In this document: in pieces, positions 1-13,340 of the stretch
Layout: the number at the start of each line of letters is the position of its first letter
Numbering within the stretch: the first letter of the stretch is position 1
From: Raillietiella orientalis
Taxonomy: Eukaryota
Length of the DNA stretch: 64,000 bases
Reading direction: 5' to 3'
NCBI GenBank assembly: GCA_036172245.1
Contig: JAYWIR010000033.1
Location: 1,240,001-1,304,000 of the forward strand
Position numbers and translations under genes: made by a program
Notes under the pieces: generated by a model
The model's database searches: none
Told to the model about the DNA's origin: nothing
Seen by the model: only the letters and a program-made list of their open reading frames with translations

Positions 1-1886
1 CAGATATTAAGATTTTCGAGTTGAGTGGCGGAGTGACCGCTTCGCGGCAGCGCTTTATTTTCGGAGTTCTCTCGACGGCATGGCAACGATCCGTTCCAGA
101 GAAAGGATGCTTTGAAAGGTTCCTTTCTTCTTCCCTTTTTTTTTTTTTAATCCCGGATAGCGGAAAAGGGCTTCATGACAGGATGCTCCTTCCTGGCTTC
201 CATGCGGAGAGAGTGCCCTTTTCATACGAAAACGCCTAAAAAGCCAAACATCTCGTCTGGTGGGGGCGGAACGCCTCGACTCCTTATTTCTTTCGAGCAT
301 GGAACTGAGCCAGGATGTGAATCCTTCCGCAAATCTTGGAACCTGCTGATTTCGATCCCTCCAGCATCATCCTCTGCTTCCTTCCAACCCTACTCCATCT
401 TCCCGAAATCTGCACGGCGCGCGTGTCCATGGTGACCGGCAGAAATCTTGTGGGCGACGTCGTTCGCTTTCCGATCTGCGCGCGGACAGAAAGGCCTTCC
501 CGCAGCAGCGTCTTCGAGAAGAACTGGTCCAGGGAGGTGAGCGCGCGCTGGAGAGCTGCTTCGTCAGGGTTGCCTGGTCACAAAAAATCACGGCAGCGAA
601 TTCGCAGCATCTGAAAATAAAGCGAAAGCGCTTGAATTTGAGAGGAAGCATTCCTGAGAGGGTCGGTCAGCCGCCCTCGTCCTTATATGAAGGAACGCGG
701 AGACGGAAACAGAAGTGACAACCTTCTCATGGATGGCTTCCGGATTTATCCTCACACACTTTGCGCCGATGCTGAGCACGGTATTTGGACCCTGTTCCCT
801 CGAAGGTTGGTACTGACCTAGAGAGGTAAATGATGCACGAGGTGTTCCGAAATTACTTGAGACGTAAGTTCGATTCCACTCTTTATGAGACGCTGGAAAC
901 TGAAAGTCCGGAGCTCTCAGTTCGGCTTCGTTTCGCGTCTCATGAGGGAGCTAAGATGCTGGGCATCGCTTCGTGTGATACTTACCTTGAAAAAAACGAT
1001 TAAAGCTGATGACAGGTCGCTAAGAACGGGACTGCTTGAGGAATTCCATTACGGCCACGGACTGCCGCGCTCAGAGCAAAGCAGCTAAGAACTTTGACCA
1101 GAAATCTGCACTCACTTCAAGTCAGCATCCAGAGATCGCTGTGTTTTCGGGCGTACTGAGGAAAGCTGCCCATCACGCGGTGCGATGATGACCAGACTGC
1201 TCCGTAGGATCTCGGCTCTCTGGATCTCGGCCCGCGGAAGACACGAGTTGATTAAGCGTGCCTCCTCTAAACTTTGCGGCACGGAATCTCGGGCAAAAAA
1301 ATGTATAAACGAACATCCGAAACAACATAAACGTTACGGCTCTCATCTGGAAATGCCTCTGCGTTTCGCACGACATCCAGTCGGCAATCCCTGAGCATGC
1401 GGTGATCACCGTTCTCCCAGATCCAGATGGATATTTTTTTTCCCACGAACGAACATGTAGCGTGCCGCTCTTTGCGCTCGATCTTGGCGCAGTTGGCTCC
1501 CCTCCACCTGAAGCTGGCACCACCGCGGCCACATGGTGCTCTGAACAGACAAGAACTTGCAGCACGTACCTGAGCTACGAAGTGCTCAGAGAAACCCCTC
1601 GCTGGAAATTCTTCCTGGTGATGGTTGGTGGAAGAAAACAGGACGGGCTCACCGTGGCCGACGATCGGTACACGAATCACCTTAGTGGGCTCACTATTAA
1701 CGAGATGACTGCTGGAACGGCTTCTTAGTTATTTAGAGGTTCATTTTGTGAGCCTGAAAATGCATTCCGAGAGGAAAGAAACCCAAATCAAACACTAATG
1801 AAGAACAACTGCTGTGTGTTCCAGATGTTTTCCCACTTGTCTCACTAGACTGTACAGTGAAACGGACAAAAACAATTTGTGTGCTT

Positions 1887-1900
1887 GGGGGGGGGGGGGG
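1887..1900. repeat. G14 homopolymer
   Basis: Directly visible run of 14 G. Confidence 0.85.
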
Positions 1901-4900
1901 AGGAGAAATGATTTTTGGGCAGCTTCCATTACGCTTGGGCAGTGGGACCACAATCGCCTTCTCAGGCAAACGGCTTGTCTTTGGGTATGCAGACAGGTGA
2001 TCTTAGTTTATTCAAATGGTACAGAAAGCAAATGATGCTTTCGTATCATGATGAGCCTTTGAAATTATTGTTTGTTGACTCTTGTGTACGTTTCTCAAGG
2101 GTTTCGGATACACTTTGCTGCCTATAGAACGTACAGTAGGAATGACGTTTCCTCCTTTCCATCAATTTTAGATGAATTGCTGACATTTCTGAAGCAATTA
2201 CGTGGTGAAGTTGTCCTTAAAACAATTGCCGGAGGGTAACAGATGGAGAAGAACTCGAAATCTGAAAGTGGCTCAAGATGTGCTAAGATACATCAAGATT
2301 GATGCAGTTCCTTTGTCTCAGACGGCATCGTTCAGCTTTAGTGATTGTGGCAAGATGAGAATTTTGCTCGAAGAGCCAGAAGACAGGAAGAAACGCTTGG
2401 AAGGAACACGGAAAGAGCTCTTATGCGAGCAGACGTTTCCGGATTCTTGGAGCGATATTTGGAACGAAGGAACTGCGCAGTCATGCATGGATCCGATTAA
2501 ATTATTAAGAGAGATTAATGGCTGCTCCTGAAGACAACAGGCAAAGCAACACTGGTGTATGTCTGGGCTCTGAGGGGGTAGCATAGTCTACAGAAATAGA
2601 ATCACTGAAGAGCTCCTTCTATCTGAAGTGGGTGCTCTCTTTCAGATGCCGCCTATGAAAAGCGGCCTACAATCACGAAGCACCGGTTTCGCTGTTACTG
2701 CCTGTAGAGGAACCTGGGCACTCTTCTTTCTCCCTTGATTACTTGAACTGCCACAAACCGGTGCGTTCTCAATGGATCCTGGTGCTGTGACCTCAGCGTC
2801 AGGTCCCATGATCCACGGTTGCAATCCGTTCTTCTGATGTTGACTGAGATCTGTGCACGAGCGTCTGCATCGGCCTTCACCGCAACCACCACCGTACCTT
2901 TTGCACACAACAGCGGGTAGCCTTTTTGCGGTTCTACCACAAGGGTTTCATGAATCTCTCTGGTGCTGAAAGGGAGCCTGAAGCACACGATTGGGAAATG
3001 TTCCTATTAATGTCCAGAATCCCCTTCCGTCGGTCCCGATCTCCAAGGGTGAAGCCTTCTTGAAGTGTTTGTTGGAGGAAGGAGGAAAACAGGAAAGGTG
3101 CGCTGCTTTTTAGAGAAAGAGTGCGGAGCTCCTTCATAACTCTATTTCTATCTCCAGTGTTAGCACATAATTGGAAGTTTTGTGCCAAAGCGCGGCTAAT
3201 TAATAGAATTATCCGTTCACAACTATTTTATGCGAGAAGTCTTGGTGGCTCAAGACCCACGGGTCCCTCGAGACCAGCGGGGCTGCTGCGGGTTTTCGGA
3301 AGCGATTGAGAACGTATCGGCAGTCTTCAAGATTCAGGCTCGAGGCCAACGGCTTTACTGAAGTTCTTGTTGGCCCTTCCAGAAGAAAAAGAAGAACCGG
3401 CAATTAGGAGAACCGGTGAAACGTTACCGCCGTTTCCACTGCTGCAAATCCTCTAGCGAGGCAGAAGCGGTGTGAGGAAATTCCCAGAAATGTCTCCTTC
3501 TGTGTCTCAAACCTTGTTGAATGTGGATACTGAGGGAAGCTTCCATTCTTCGTCTTGCGCAGCAGCCCAAACTCCTTGTCGTGAGGAGCAAACTCTGAAC
3601 TATGCATGCTGAGGATTACAGGATGGAAAGCTTGCGCCTTCGGGAAGAATGCTTGGGAACGCTGCAACCCTCCTTCAGGATGAGCTGTGGACCTCAAAGG
3701 TAGTTTCAGTTAATCGATGCTTCCGTTGTGCGCCCGTGGAAACTACCTGATGCTTCATGTGTTCCTTGTATCTCTTGAGATTCTTCGTTGCGTGCATTCT
3801 TGGAATATTCTTGATCCTGAACAATGCCGTTATAGTAGCAAGGTCACCTGATTCAAATCAAGCACACATACTTAAGTTGTTCGTGGGATCGTCCGTGATT
3901 TTCACCATCTGATGATCTGATCTCTAACAGCTGCTCATCCTGGCCAGCGACCCTGGATGTGTGCCTCCGGTACACGTGCCAGCTCTGCTGCGTACGTCAA
4001 GCTGCTCACGTTTGCCGCCTATGCTCGAGAGATTCCAAGCTCCCCGAGGGCATCGTCGTTTCTCCGGTCGTGGGCTTGCAGTGTCCTCACTAGCGTTCTT
4101 ACCAAAGTCAGTACTGCTCTTCGGTGAAGAGGGGAGCCGAGCTTCTTGTATTTGCCCTTTTTTTTTTTTTTGGCAACAGTTCTTCCGATGCTGTTGCTGC
4201 GTTCTCACGTGGGCACTCAACATCCAGTATGACCATTCGACTTTCGCTGAGAGGCGATAGGTCCGAGTGTCGTCTGCTGACCGGTGGCTTTTGAGGACCG
4301 ATTTCGAGCTATTATCGTAGCGCAGTGATGTTTTGCTCAGTGGTCCTTGAGAAACGCTGGCGATCATCACGAAGAAGGAGTGGATACGATGTTGGAAGGA
4401 AGCTCAAATCCTACTATATTCCGTGATCCTTCAGAGAATAGCGAGAGGTAATAGCAGTGAGTCACCAGTGTGGAGAGCGAAACTGCTAGAGATTCTTCCG
4501 GAAACTGAATTCCTCATCTTTTTCTCAACGCCTTAGTTGAGTGGACATGTAAGAATCGCCTGCGATTCATGTGGCTCACGACACTTGCAAAAATCCCGTG
4601 GTTGTGGAAACGTGGCTGCCCACCAAAGACGAAGAGCAGATAGCACTTAATTACGAATGGGCTCGCCATTTTCGAATTCGCAAAGCAGCTCGCTCTTGAA
4701 AAAAACACAAAACAAAACAAAACAGAAAGCTCTGGCATTTCGCTCGCAGTTTTCGAGCTCACGCCCTTTTTCTGATGCTTTTGCACCATTGAAATCCATG
4801 TAAGAGTTGCCTCGTGAGGATCGATTTGGCATTCTTCAGGATTTTCACTGTGTACATCCTCGTATCATTCACGGCGTGCTCCGTAAATATTCTTGAGGCA

Positions 4901-5844
4901 CCCATAATTAACCAGCATGATGACTTCAATAGGATTTCAGCTGATTCCCGCCTTTTGTCTACGCCTATCTTTATGGATCGACTCCCTGGTCTTCCCTCCG
5001 GTACTCCGAATCCCATCACCGCACCGTCCGCTCGTTCTCCACGACGATTCGTTCTTACCATCAACTCGCCACGGTCCCCAAACTACAACGAATCATCCCG
5101 GGTCCAGCGCAAAGTGGAAATCGCCTGTCCGAAAAGGGTGTGGGACTTTCCACAACAGCCACTGGCCGTGGATGGAATTCACGTTTCCCTCCGTGATCCC
5201 GGCGAAGATTTGCTTCTGAAGCTCCTCCGGGGGTATACGGTCATGGCCGAGATGTTCTTCCGTTCATTCTCCACCTCGGTTACTGCGCTGGACGTCCGTC
5301 ACGGCGTCCACGATCTCGGAGCGACGAGATCGACTTGTGAAAAGTAGCAACTGGGGCCTTCCGCGAAGCCCCCGAGCGTGGAATCATGATTGGGAGTTTC
5401 CAGGCTCGCTGGAGACCTACGCTATGAGTCACACTCACCGAATGTTTCTATGCCTTAAACTCGTTAATTGACACTTCATCTGAACGGACGCCGCTCAAAA
5501 AAAAAAAAAAAAGAAGGAAAACTGCCGACGACGAAAGGGCTTTCGCGTGCTGAGGGGAGTAGCAGGAAGCGTTCCACACTTGTGGAGGTTTACAACGTAC
5601 GTTGGGTGCAGCACGTTTGGCGCCTTCCCCCCCCACCCTTCTCGTGGGGGTGTGGCACACAAATCGCGACTTCCACCCGTGGACCCTGTGGATCAGGACA
5701 GCTCTCTGGAAGTCCCCTCCTCCCGGTCCTGGACGCGGGGGCCTTCCGACTCGCGCACTCGGAGGAAAGGAACACCTCGGCTCTTCTGCGCCACGGGAAT
5801 CCCACGTGTTTATTCGCCGTCTCAAACTCTCTCCCCATTCCCCA

Positions 5845-5912
5845 ATGCAAGTGATTGCGTGGCGTCATTGCATTCCTTTAGCTTTCGGAGGAGTTTTCCC
5901 GAGCTTCTTTCG
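5845..5912 (+). CDS. Candidate first coding exon of the RDL-like gene (unverified)
   Basis: ATG at 5845 gives MQVIAWRHCIPLAFGGVFPSFF(R), ending CG|gtacag in phase 2, the phase needed by the exon at 6730. It is only moderately hydrophobic and the donor is weak, so it could be chance. Confidence 0.2.
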
Positions 5913-6394
5913 GTACAGTTTAGCAGCCAGCGCTCGAATCAATAATTTCCTCCCGGACTTTTGTGAGGGATCGCTGTGAAAGTGGATTCCTTTCTATTTT
6001 GGGCAAACCTGTTTATCCAATCCCTCAATGAATGGAAGTGCACTTCATCATCATGACGCGTTTTATGCCTTGGATGGCTCGTCCTTTTGAGAAAAGCAAT
6101 CTTGCACAGAATTCGGCATCCCGTTCCGCCGTATTATGTACATGCCATGTGCAATTCCGTTTCAACTGCGATTCGAACGCAATATACCAAAGGGCGAAGC
6201 TCGAAGCGAACACCAACCGCCGCAGTGGGGAGCTCAGAATGGACCGGCAGAGGCGGAGGACACAGTGGAATCTCACAGACTGTGAAGGAGAGATCCGAGC
6301 TCGCTCCGCTTTTGGGGTCGTGTCACTCAAATGCAAATCTGCGTACCCATTAAGAGAAATGAGCATCCGTATTCGGCTCGCTTTTTCTTTTCTT

Positions 6395-6415
6395 TGTGTG
6401 CGTGTGTGTGTGTGT
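6395..6415. repeat. Imperfect (TG)n microsatellite upstream of the first identified Rdl exon
   Basis: tgtgtgcgtgtgtgtgtgtgt. Confidence 0.8.
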
Positions 6416-6729
6416 CTTGATGATCTCGGTTGATTTTCATTCGAAAATGGACGTGCGTGCGTACGTGAGCGAGCGAGCAGCGGAAGGGCTGACTGGTGGC
6501 AACGTGTTCCTATGGCCGGGAGATCGCGCGTTTCCTCTGGGTTTATGCTCCAGACTTTCACTTTTCCCTGCATCTGTCACCGAGGGAATTAGCTCTGTCG
6601 CGAACGAAGACAAAAGAGTGACCTCACGTCACAACTGCTGCTCGCGCTTTCCCTTTCTGGATGCCGCAATTTCCACCTCGAAGAAAACATTCCTCGGGAG
6701 AAGAATTCTGCATTTGCTTGTGTTTCCAG

Positions 6730-6815
6730 GTCAGGCATCAAGGAAGTCAACATCACCTCCATACTGAACGAACTCCAGAGAGGGTACGACAAAAGAGTGC
6801 GCCCCAATTATGGAG
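6730..6815 (+). CDS. Rdl: RDL-like coding exon, N-terminal helix (SGIKEVNITSILNELQRGYDKRVRPNYG)
   Basis: Acceptor tttccag, donor gtaggg; YDKRVRPNYG motif. An alternative acceptor at 6733-6734 is possible. Confidence 0.9.
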
Positions 6816-7299
6816 GTAGGGTGTTTATCTGCTTCCCCGCAGGGTTTCGAATGAAAGCTAAGAGAACAACCTTCAACGAGTTCGTTGGTTCCACACCCCT
6901 TGAAGGGAATTTTTCCTTTTTTTATCTCTGAATGCGGAGATGCTGCGAGACGTGCACTTGGAATGATAAGGTGCTGCCCGTTCAGTCGTTCGGGTTCTCC
7001 CGGAAATCGCGCGAAAGACGCGATCCTGCGATCCTCGCTCCCACCACCTGCAAGCTCCGAACTTATCCGCCCAAAGAAGACCCTCGTCTAACGGGACATC
7101 TCGATCTGACATCGTGCAACACCTTCATTTCTCAGGGAGGGATTGTGGGACGACAGCCTCAAACACCGCTATTGCAACACTGCGATGAAACACGCTATTC
7201 CCTTGATTTCTACAACTACTACCTCCATACATGAAGACAGTAATCACAGTCAGTAATACTTGCAGGTATGAAGATACGCGAAGACAATAACTGCCATCA

Positions 7300-8830
7300 C
7301 TTGCAGTGGCGGGCAGGCATCAGACTGCTATCAGATCTCACACGTTTTCTATTTCTGCCTCTGTCTCGGTTGCTCGTTGTACAGTCGTTATCCTTTCTTG
7401 CATCTATTTCATCATCTGGAAGGCATTGGGTGCCTAAAGCGGTATTTTGTTCATCAAGACTGCCAACATTTGCAATAAGAGCTTCACCCCAGCAAAACGT
7501 CCTTAGTGTGTTGAATCTCTTTAGTGTATGTAAGGTCAGTGTTGCCTCTACTTCCTTCAATGTCCTTAAGCTTATCTTCAACCTCTTTTAAGTTCACGCA
7601 TACATATCATACGTGCATACAACATACTTTTTTAGACCTCATAGCTTTATACTAGGCGCACAGTCCTCATTACCTTCTTTAGTGCAGCATCCGTTCCCAT
7701 GGTCACAACTCAGCCCCTGAGAGCTGTGATTTTTTAACTCTGAATGGATACAAGGTGCTGCATTACACAATTCATTCAGCCCTACTTTAGCGTGGCTTAA
7801 ATTTAACGGTGAACCACATGACTTTCCTCCTTGAATGTGGTTTTTCTTGAAATGCACCGTGCTATCATATGGGAACTTTTCTTTTTCCCATCTTCTCTTT
7901 ACGAAGCTGTGGAAATTCTACTGCGGTCCATTCACCATTGTTTTCGTCACAGTAGAATGCTCCTCCATTGAGCATCTCTCTTATTGTGGCTTTCTCGCCG
8001 TCATTTCCTCTTTCAGTCCTATAGCAGCTGTCATCGAAACTGATGCCCTTCCCCCCTGGATTGTCATAATCAGTTATCATCTCTCAGGAAAGCTAGGCTG
8101 GCTCCTGATCTATTGCCAAACTTTGCCAGTGTTTACACAACGCCTTTTGCTACTGCAGATCCGACTGGTCCAAAGTTTCCACGCGTTTCTGGCTCGTTGA
8201 GCGCCAGAAATATGAATCAGTCTGCTGCTGCTGTAACCTGGTATTGGACCGTCTGCACAAAAGACAGCGGGCATGCATCCCAATAAGTGGTAGCTCGAGA
8301 TGCTGATTCCAGATCACTTAGCTCCTTGGAAGCAAAGCAAATTTCAAACGCAAGATGCCAAGAGAGGAGGAATTCATCGAGATACGGCAATCTCGAAAGC
8401 TTCTGACGATTACGGTCGCACCTCGTGAGGTCCACCCAGGCCGCTGCCGGCGAAATAAAGGAACAGTCTCACGAAGAAGCACCCGCGGTGAGAAACCAGG
8501 GTTCCCATTCGCCATCTGATTCGTTTGACGATTCAGAGAAGAAAATGTTTCTGGACTGATTGAGGGTCTGCCCTGGTGTTTGTCCTGGAGTATTCCAATC
8601 GGAATGGGAGCAGACTGAAGTCGTGTTGGCATCTCGGCGCCTACCACTCAACATACTGAAAGATTCTTCTCTGTGCACACCGCACACACTCGCGAGCGAT
8701 TCCCACTTGATGTCTTTGGGAACTCGGGCTGTCATCTTCATTAGCCGATGCTTTTTCTTGTGCCATCCACGTCATGCGAGTTCGTCTGGTCGAAATTTTG
8801 CTCACACTATCCCAGGAAAAGGGGTTTGCC
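7300..8830 (-). mobile_element. Decayed THAP-containing Kolobok/Mutator-like DNA transposon relic (intronic)
   Basis: Broken minus-strand frames give, in the expected order: THAP-like FRPDE...GW and VCGVHREESF; an acidic linker SESSNESDGEWEP; SLAIDQ...GISFD (cf. xTDRH...HQFDVWH); LNGGAFYCDENNGE (cf. INHxWWC); HTLKRFN...SLDEQN (cf. HTxxLExF...LAALDHN). Very degenerate; boundaries approximate. Confidence 0.4.
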
Positions 8831-9099
8831 TATAGAGGTAGATGATTTAGTGGGAAGAGTACACATCCCTCGTCATGGCTTGTATACACACGTCAGAAAT
8901 GAACTGCGTTTCCGAAACACCGAAAACACTGCCATATGAGTACCCAAAGGAATTCTAACCTTTTTGCGGTTATTGAAATGCCGCTAATGTTTTGAAAGCA
9001 GCACCGGAAAAGGGGTGACATTCTTTTAACTGACGCGAAGGTGCAGGCAACTGGTGAGGACGCCCCTGACCATCTGTTTAGCCCGACAGCAGTTTATGC

Positions 9100-9640
9100 A
9101 GCAGCGGCAAAAGCCGCTGACCGTCTTCGAAAATGATAAAGGAAACCTTCCTGGAGTCCACTGGTTGGTGCCAGCAATATAAGAGAAAATTCTGTACGAA
9201 GATTCGAGCAACCATTGGCGCTACTGTTGACGTCACGAAGCGAAGCGAATGACCGACCTTTGACTTTTTGCCTCGAAGATGGGCTTTCAAGAGAACTTTT
9301 TGGTTGGAAAAATGCGGGAGACGAGAAGTCAACTGGAGATATCAAAAGCCTTTGGACGGTCGGAAGGAAAGCCTCGAAGAGGCTCTCCGCAACTTGGAAC
9401 TGGGTTATCGGTGACCCCAAGATCTTCGTCTCTGGGGTAACGATCGAAGCCACTCAGAGAAGGAAAGTGGCTTCGACGATCCGGGATCTCCAGCGGGAGG
9501 CAGAATTGCTTTCTCTAGTAAATAAGCACCCTGATCAAGGGAAAGCCATGCGCTGCCTTGGGCTCCATCAAGTCCCAAGCCACTTCAACACGAACGGCGA
9601 ATACTGGGAGCTATCGGCTTGCAAATGGTCGTTTTTGAGA
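9100..9640 (+). mobile_element. Fragment of an R2-superfamily (NeSL/Utopia-like) non-LTR retrotransposon, post-RT region
   Basis: ORF 9215-9658: IKSLWTVGRKASKRL...KHPDQGKAMRCLGLHQVPSHFNTNGEY...WSF, resembling the KPDQGKAMEC...SHF..G.Y....WRF block that precedes the CCHC/REL endonuclease in these elements. Confidence 0.65.
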
Positions 9641-10329
9641 AGATCACGAACAGTATAATAATCAGAGTTGGATCGCAGTGCCAGCTACTTGCATGGGGCC
9701 ACTTTCGCTTCAGGTTTTGCACGTTAGTCACACCCATGAACAGTTACGCGAAATTTCTTGCGTGGTCTCTTATCTGTGGTCCCTCGTGCCGCTCAGCTGA
9801 GCGGATGCAACCCAAGCAACACGTCGCACCCCCGAGGGTGGATTTTTCCAACGACTAGATGGTACGAATTGCTACTTCTTGGTTGAAAGCAGGAGAGGTG
9901 GCGGGTTGAATTCTACACTGAGGTCCCCTTCTCTGCATCCATGTGCATTGGGTGGGATTCAGGCGAGTAGGTTAACCGTACTTGCCACCGAAAAACCAGC
10001 GCAAGGATTACATAGTGCGATGACCTCGGCATAGACGGCCATGTTCCATTCTGTGCTATGTTAAAGTGTGCAACTGGGAGGAACAGACGTGTTACATCGT
10101 AGTTGATTTGCATACCAATAGCTTAGCTGCTTGCTATTTGCAAGAAGGAAGACAGAGGTGTATTTGAACATCGCACTTGAAAGACTCGACTCCACGCATC
10201 TTTAGAGGGAGTTTATTCGAAGGATCGGTTACTTTGGTCGGTGGCCCATTCTGCGCTTTCAGTGCTGGGGACTAGTGCGGACCTTCGTCTTTCTTCTGCT
10301 TCTGGATCTTCATTGTTCACTGATACATC

Positions 10330-11230
10330 GTCGTCCGCAGGATCCATGGTCGAAAGCATTTCATGACGATGTCCTACTTTCGAAAAGACCCGGAAGACCA
10401 GTCCTTTGTATTTCTCTCCTCCTTTTCTGCCTTGCTTCGTCCATAGCCTTGACAGAGTGTTCTAATGGGTGCACAACGTCCATTCGATGGCTTATCCTTC
10501 TTCTTTCTGCATTAAATCTGATATCACCTTCAAGTCTATTTCTGGAAAGAGATGTTTGGAAGCCACCAAACCCCATCTTTTGAAGACAGCCATCTTCAGC
10601 TGTTACAAAATTTCATTCTGAGAGTCGGCGACCCTTGTTTGCTGGCTGCAGGTAGGGTAGGGTAGTTGAGGATGAGGTGTAGAGACTCCTACTGTGTTCC
10701 ACACCTTTGAAGCATTCAGTCAACTCCACCCCTGGTAGGTGATGCTCGCACAGATAAGAGGAAAAGCTGCATGTGTAAATCTGTCGGCAATCCTAAGGTA
10801 TGTTACACCGTATAGTAACTGCCTTGAAGCACGATGCTGTGCTGCCCCGTTCATACTGAGGTCCTTCCCTTGATCCTCAGTTTGAGTTCCCTTGATCTTT
10901 TCCTTGATCTAGTAGGGTTTTATAACAAGGGGTTTCCATGCTTTCTTGCTCTGCATCGTGCATTGGAAACAGTCATCACCTTTCTCTTATGGACATCAGT
11001 AATGTAGTCTCGAAACCTGAGCTTGCATCCCTAAAATGATTCCTCACCTTCAAGTTCCTTTTACGCAAATATTCCTCATGCCAAAAGTGCGAGTACATAA
11101 AATGGTACAGAAGACCTGAAACGGCATCACACACTGCAATTTCACTTTGCAAACACGCTGCAATCATTCCGTAAGATGCCGAATAAGCTGACAATGAAAC
11201 CTGATCACTTTATTCGGTTAGGATATGCGA
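10330..11230 (-). mobile_element. Second decayed Kolobok/Mutator-like transposase relic, C-terminal half (intronic)
   Basis: Minus-strand pieces, in order: SGLLYHFMYSHFW (cf. SLLHHxxNxHxW), GAAQHRASRQLL (cf. GSPAHxAL), KMGFGGFQTSLSRNRL..IRFN (cf. KRxxF...ARTxLAxxDxN), NTKDWS. Confidence 0.4.
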
Positions 11231-11440
11231 TCCTTGGATGGTTAGGTACCCAAAAAATCACCTCTTCCTTCCCACCTCCAGCCTCATGACACTTCCAGAC
11301 TTTCAAAAGTTCTCCCGTGAGTTCGAAATGCCTCAGAGCTGAGAAGGCAATGCGATGCTTGCGTTTTGTCATACATTTGTCAATTTATTAAGGGTTGAAA
11401 TGAGATGCTCAATTTCCTGGAAAGACTTCATTTGTTTCAG

Positions 11441-11508
11441 GAGATGCTGTCGATGTCGGGATTACCATGCACGTCCTAAGCATAAGTGATGTGTCAGAAG
11501 TGCAAATG
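11441..11508 (+). CDS. Rdl: RDL-like coding exon, equivalent to insect exon 3 (GDAVDVGITMHVLSISDVSEVQM)
   Basis: Acceptor tttgtttcag, donor gtaagt; 68 nt; aligns to RDL GPPVEVGVTMYVLSISSVSEVLM. Confidence 0.95.
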
Positions 11509-13340
11509 GTAAGTCTGTTGCAGTTTCTTGAATTGATATCAATTTCTTGAGATGAATGTCATGGCGCTTGTTCATTGCTTATTCAGTGTTTCGCTTCACG
11601 GATCCCCTCAAAATACACGCAGAAATGAGGGTCTGCTCGGCAGAGGCCCCGAGCAGTGGAGTGCATGTCTTTTCCGCACGAACTCCATAAGTCCGGAAGA
11701 ACATCTTACGGTACACCACGAAACGCTCAAGAGCAAGCAGATCAATAGCATCAAAGCTGCAGCCGTGAAGAATCCTTTGCACGGTTCTCCAGCTGCGAAG
11801 GTCCTCCCCTGGCAAGAAACTTCGGGAACATTCTTCTGGATTTCACGAAGGCAATGCTTCCGAACACACTGACTGCGACGGGACTTTCTTCATGCTTAGC
11901 AGCCACGGCTCCAGAGGCTTCAGGACTGTCGGTGCCATTCCGTGTATCAGAGTTGCTAAGGAGCTTTGAATATCTCCCGAAAAAATACCCGGAACACGTT
12001 TTTGCAGCATCCCCGCAAGCGTTTGCTCGCATCGATTTTGTGGGCTGCAAGCTCGTGGCCTCCTCCCTTTGCAATCTCCAGAGCCCACCTGAGCAAATTT
12101 CTCCCTCACTTTGGCTGCTGTTACTACAAAGTGCTTTCCCAAATGATGATGATACTCGCTGCAGCATCGACCTCCCTCCTATGCCTTACAATTACGGAAT
12201 TTCGCTGCATCTGGAGCTGAGGATACGAGAGATGAAGCTGAGGAATGAAAGAGAAGATGAGAAATGGAAAACTCATAGTGATTTCACAACAGGTCCGAAT
12301 CACGACAGGTCAATTTCAGGTCAAACCCGATTTGGTGTTTGCACACACCTCCATTGGTTACCTCCGTTTCGATGGGCTAAGAAATGCCCTTTGATCATCA
12401 TCCTGCTTAGTTAGGTTTTCAGGATTTGCAATGATTCTTCTATTACTTGTGGAGGGGACCGATCGAACTGAAGAGAAATAGCGAAGGGCCTGTAATTTGT
12501 AGAGCACACAGGGCGCGTTCGTTTAATTTCTCGGTGTTTTCTGTTTCCAGGTATCGTAGAAATTCAATGATTACATACGGCCAGCTGTCTAAAATTTATA
12601 GTATCGGATGTGCCTGGAGTGACGCTAGAAAAATATGAACAGGGGCGTCAAATGTGCTATAAGCATGAAATACCGCTTCCTAAATATTTGTGTTTCAACG
12701 TGTGGCGCGGAGTGTGGCATTTGGAAATCATCCACGTGTTCTCGAATGTGTTCCGATGGCACCAGCAATGCTGTGCTCGTCTTCAGAAACGCCAGGAGAA
12801 GCCAAGATGGAGGTTCGTGACCAACCAGTTGCCGCAAGGATGCCGGCTGCATGGCCAGAGCGCCCATGAGCTGCCTCCAGGAATCGTTTTCTGCTCCTCT
12901 CCATTCCAATGATGAACTTGACCCGACTGACTGCGTGATTTGGAGATGGTTCATTGCCGATCCTCTGAACATCGGAAGCTGCGACACAGACCTCTCCTGC
13001 ACACGTGCATCAAAAGGAAGGAGAAGAAGAAGAAAAACATGCTTGGCGGAAATTTTCGAATGGCTCCTTGTCTTTGGTGCGAAGAGCGATGGAGTTCATT
13101 GGAGGAAGAAAGGCTTACGGCAGCCACCTGTCATCATTTGACCTTCCTTATCTCCTTTTACGCTTCTACCAATAAACCAGCATTTCGAGAAAAGATAATC
13201 GATTTTGGCGTCACTTGTAAAACATGAAAGAAAATTTGCCATCTCAACCATGTTGTCAGTGTTTGTCTAACTAATTCGCATTTTTTGTGTTTTTTTTTTT
13301 TGCTTTTCCTTCTAACCGGTCCCGATAATCGGCACGAAAG

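Noticed and set aside
200..820. Possible minus-strand exons (e.g. 723-817, GQYQPSREQGPNTVLSIGAKCVRINPEAIHEK)
   Set aside because: AG/GT flanks exist, but the donor is weak, there is no convincing in-phase continuation and I recognise no protein family.
1402..1728. 108-aa protein-like ORF
   Set aside because: No recognisable motif, no ATG start and no supported splice structure.
3900..4100. GAWNLSSIGGKREQL on the minus strand, resembling an AP-endonuclease start
   Set aside because: Single motif with no convincing downstream motifs.
4814..5347. 177-aa ORF
   Set aside because: No domain recognised; consistent with a chance ORF or an unidentifiable TE remnant.
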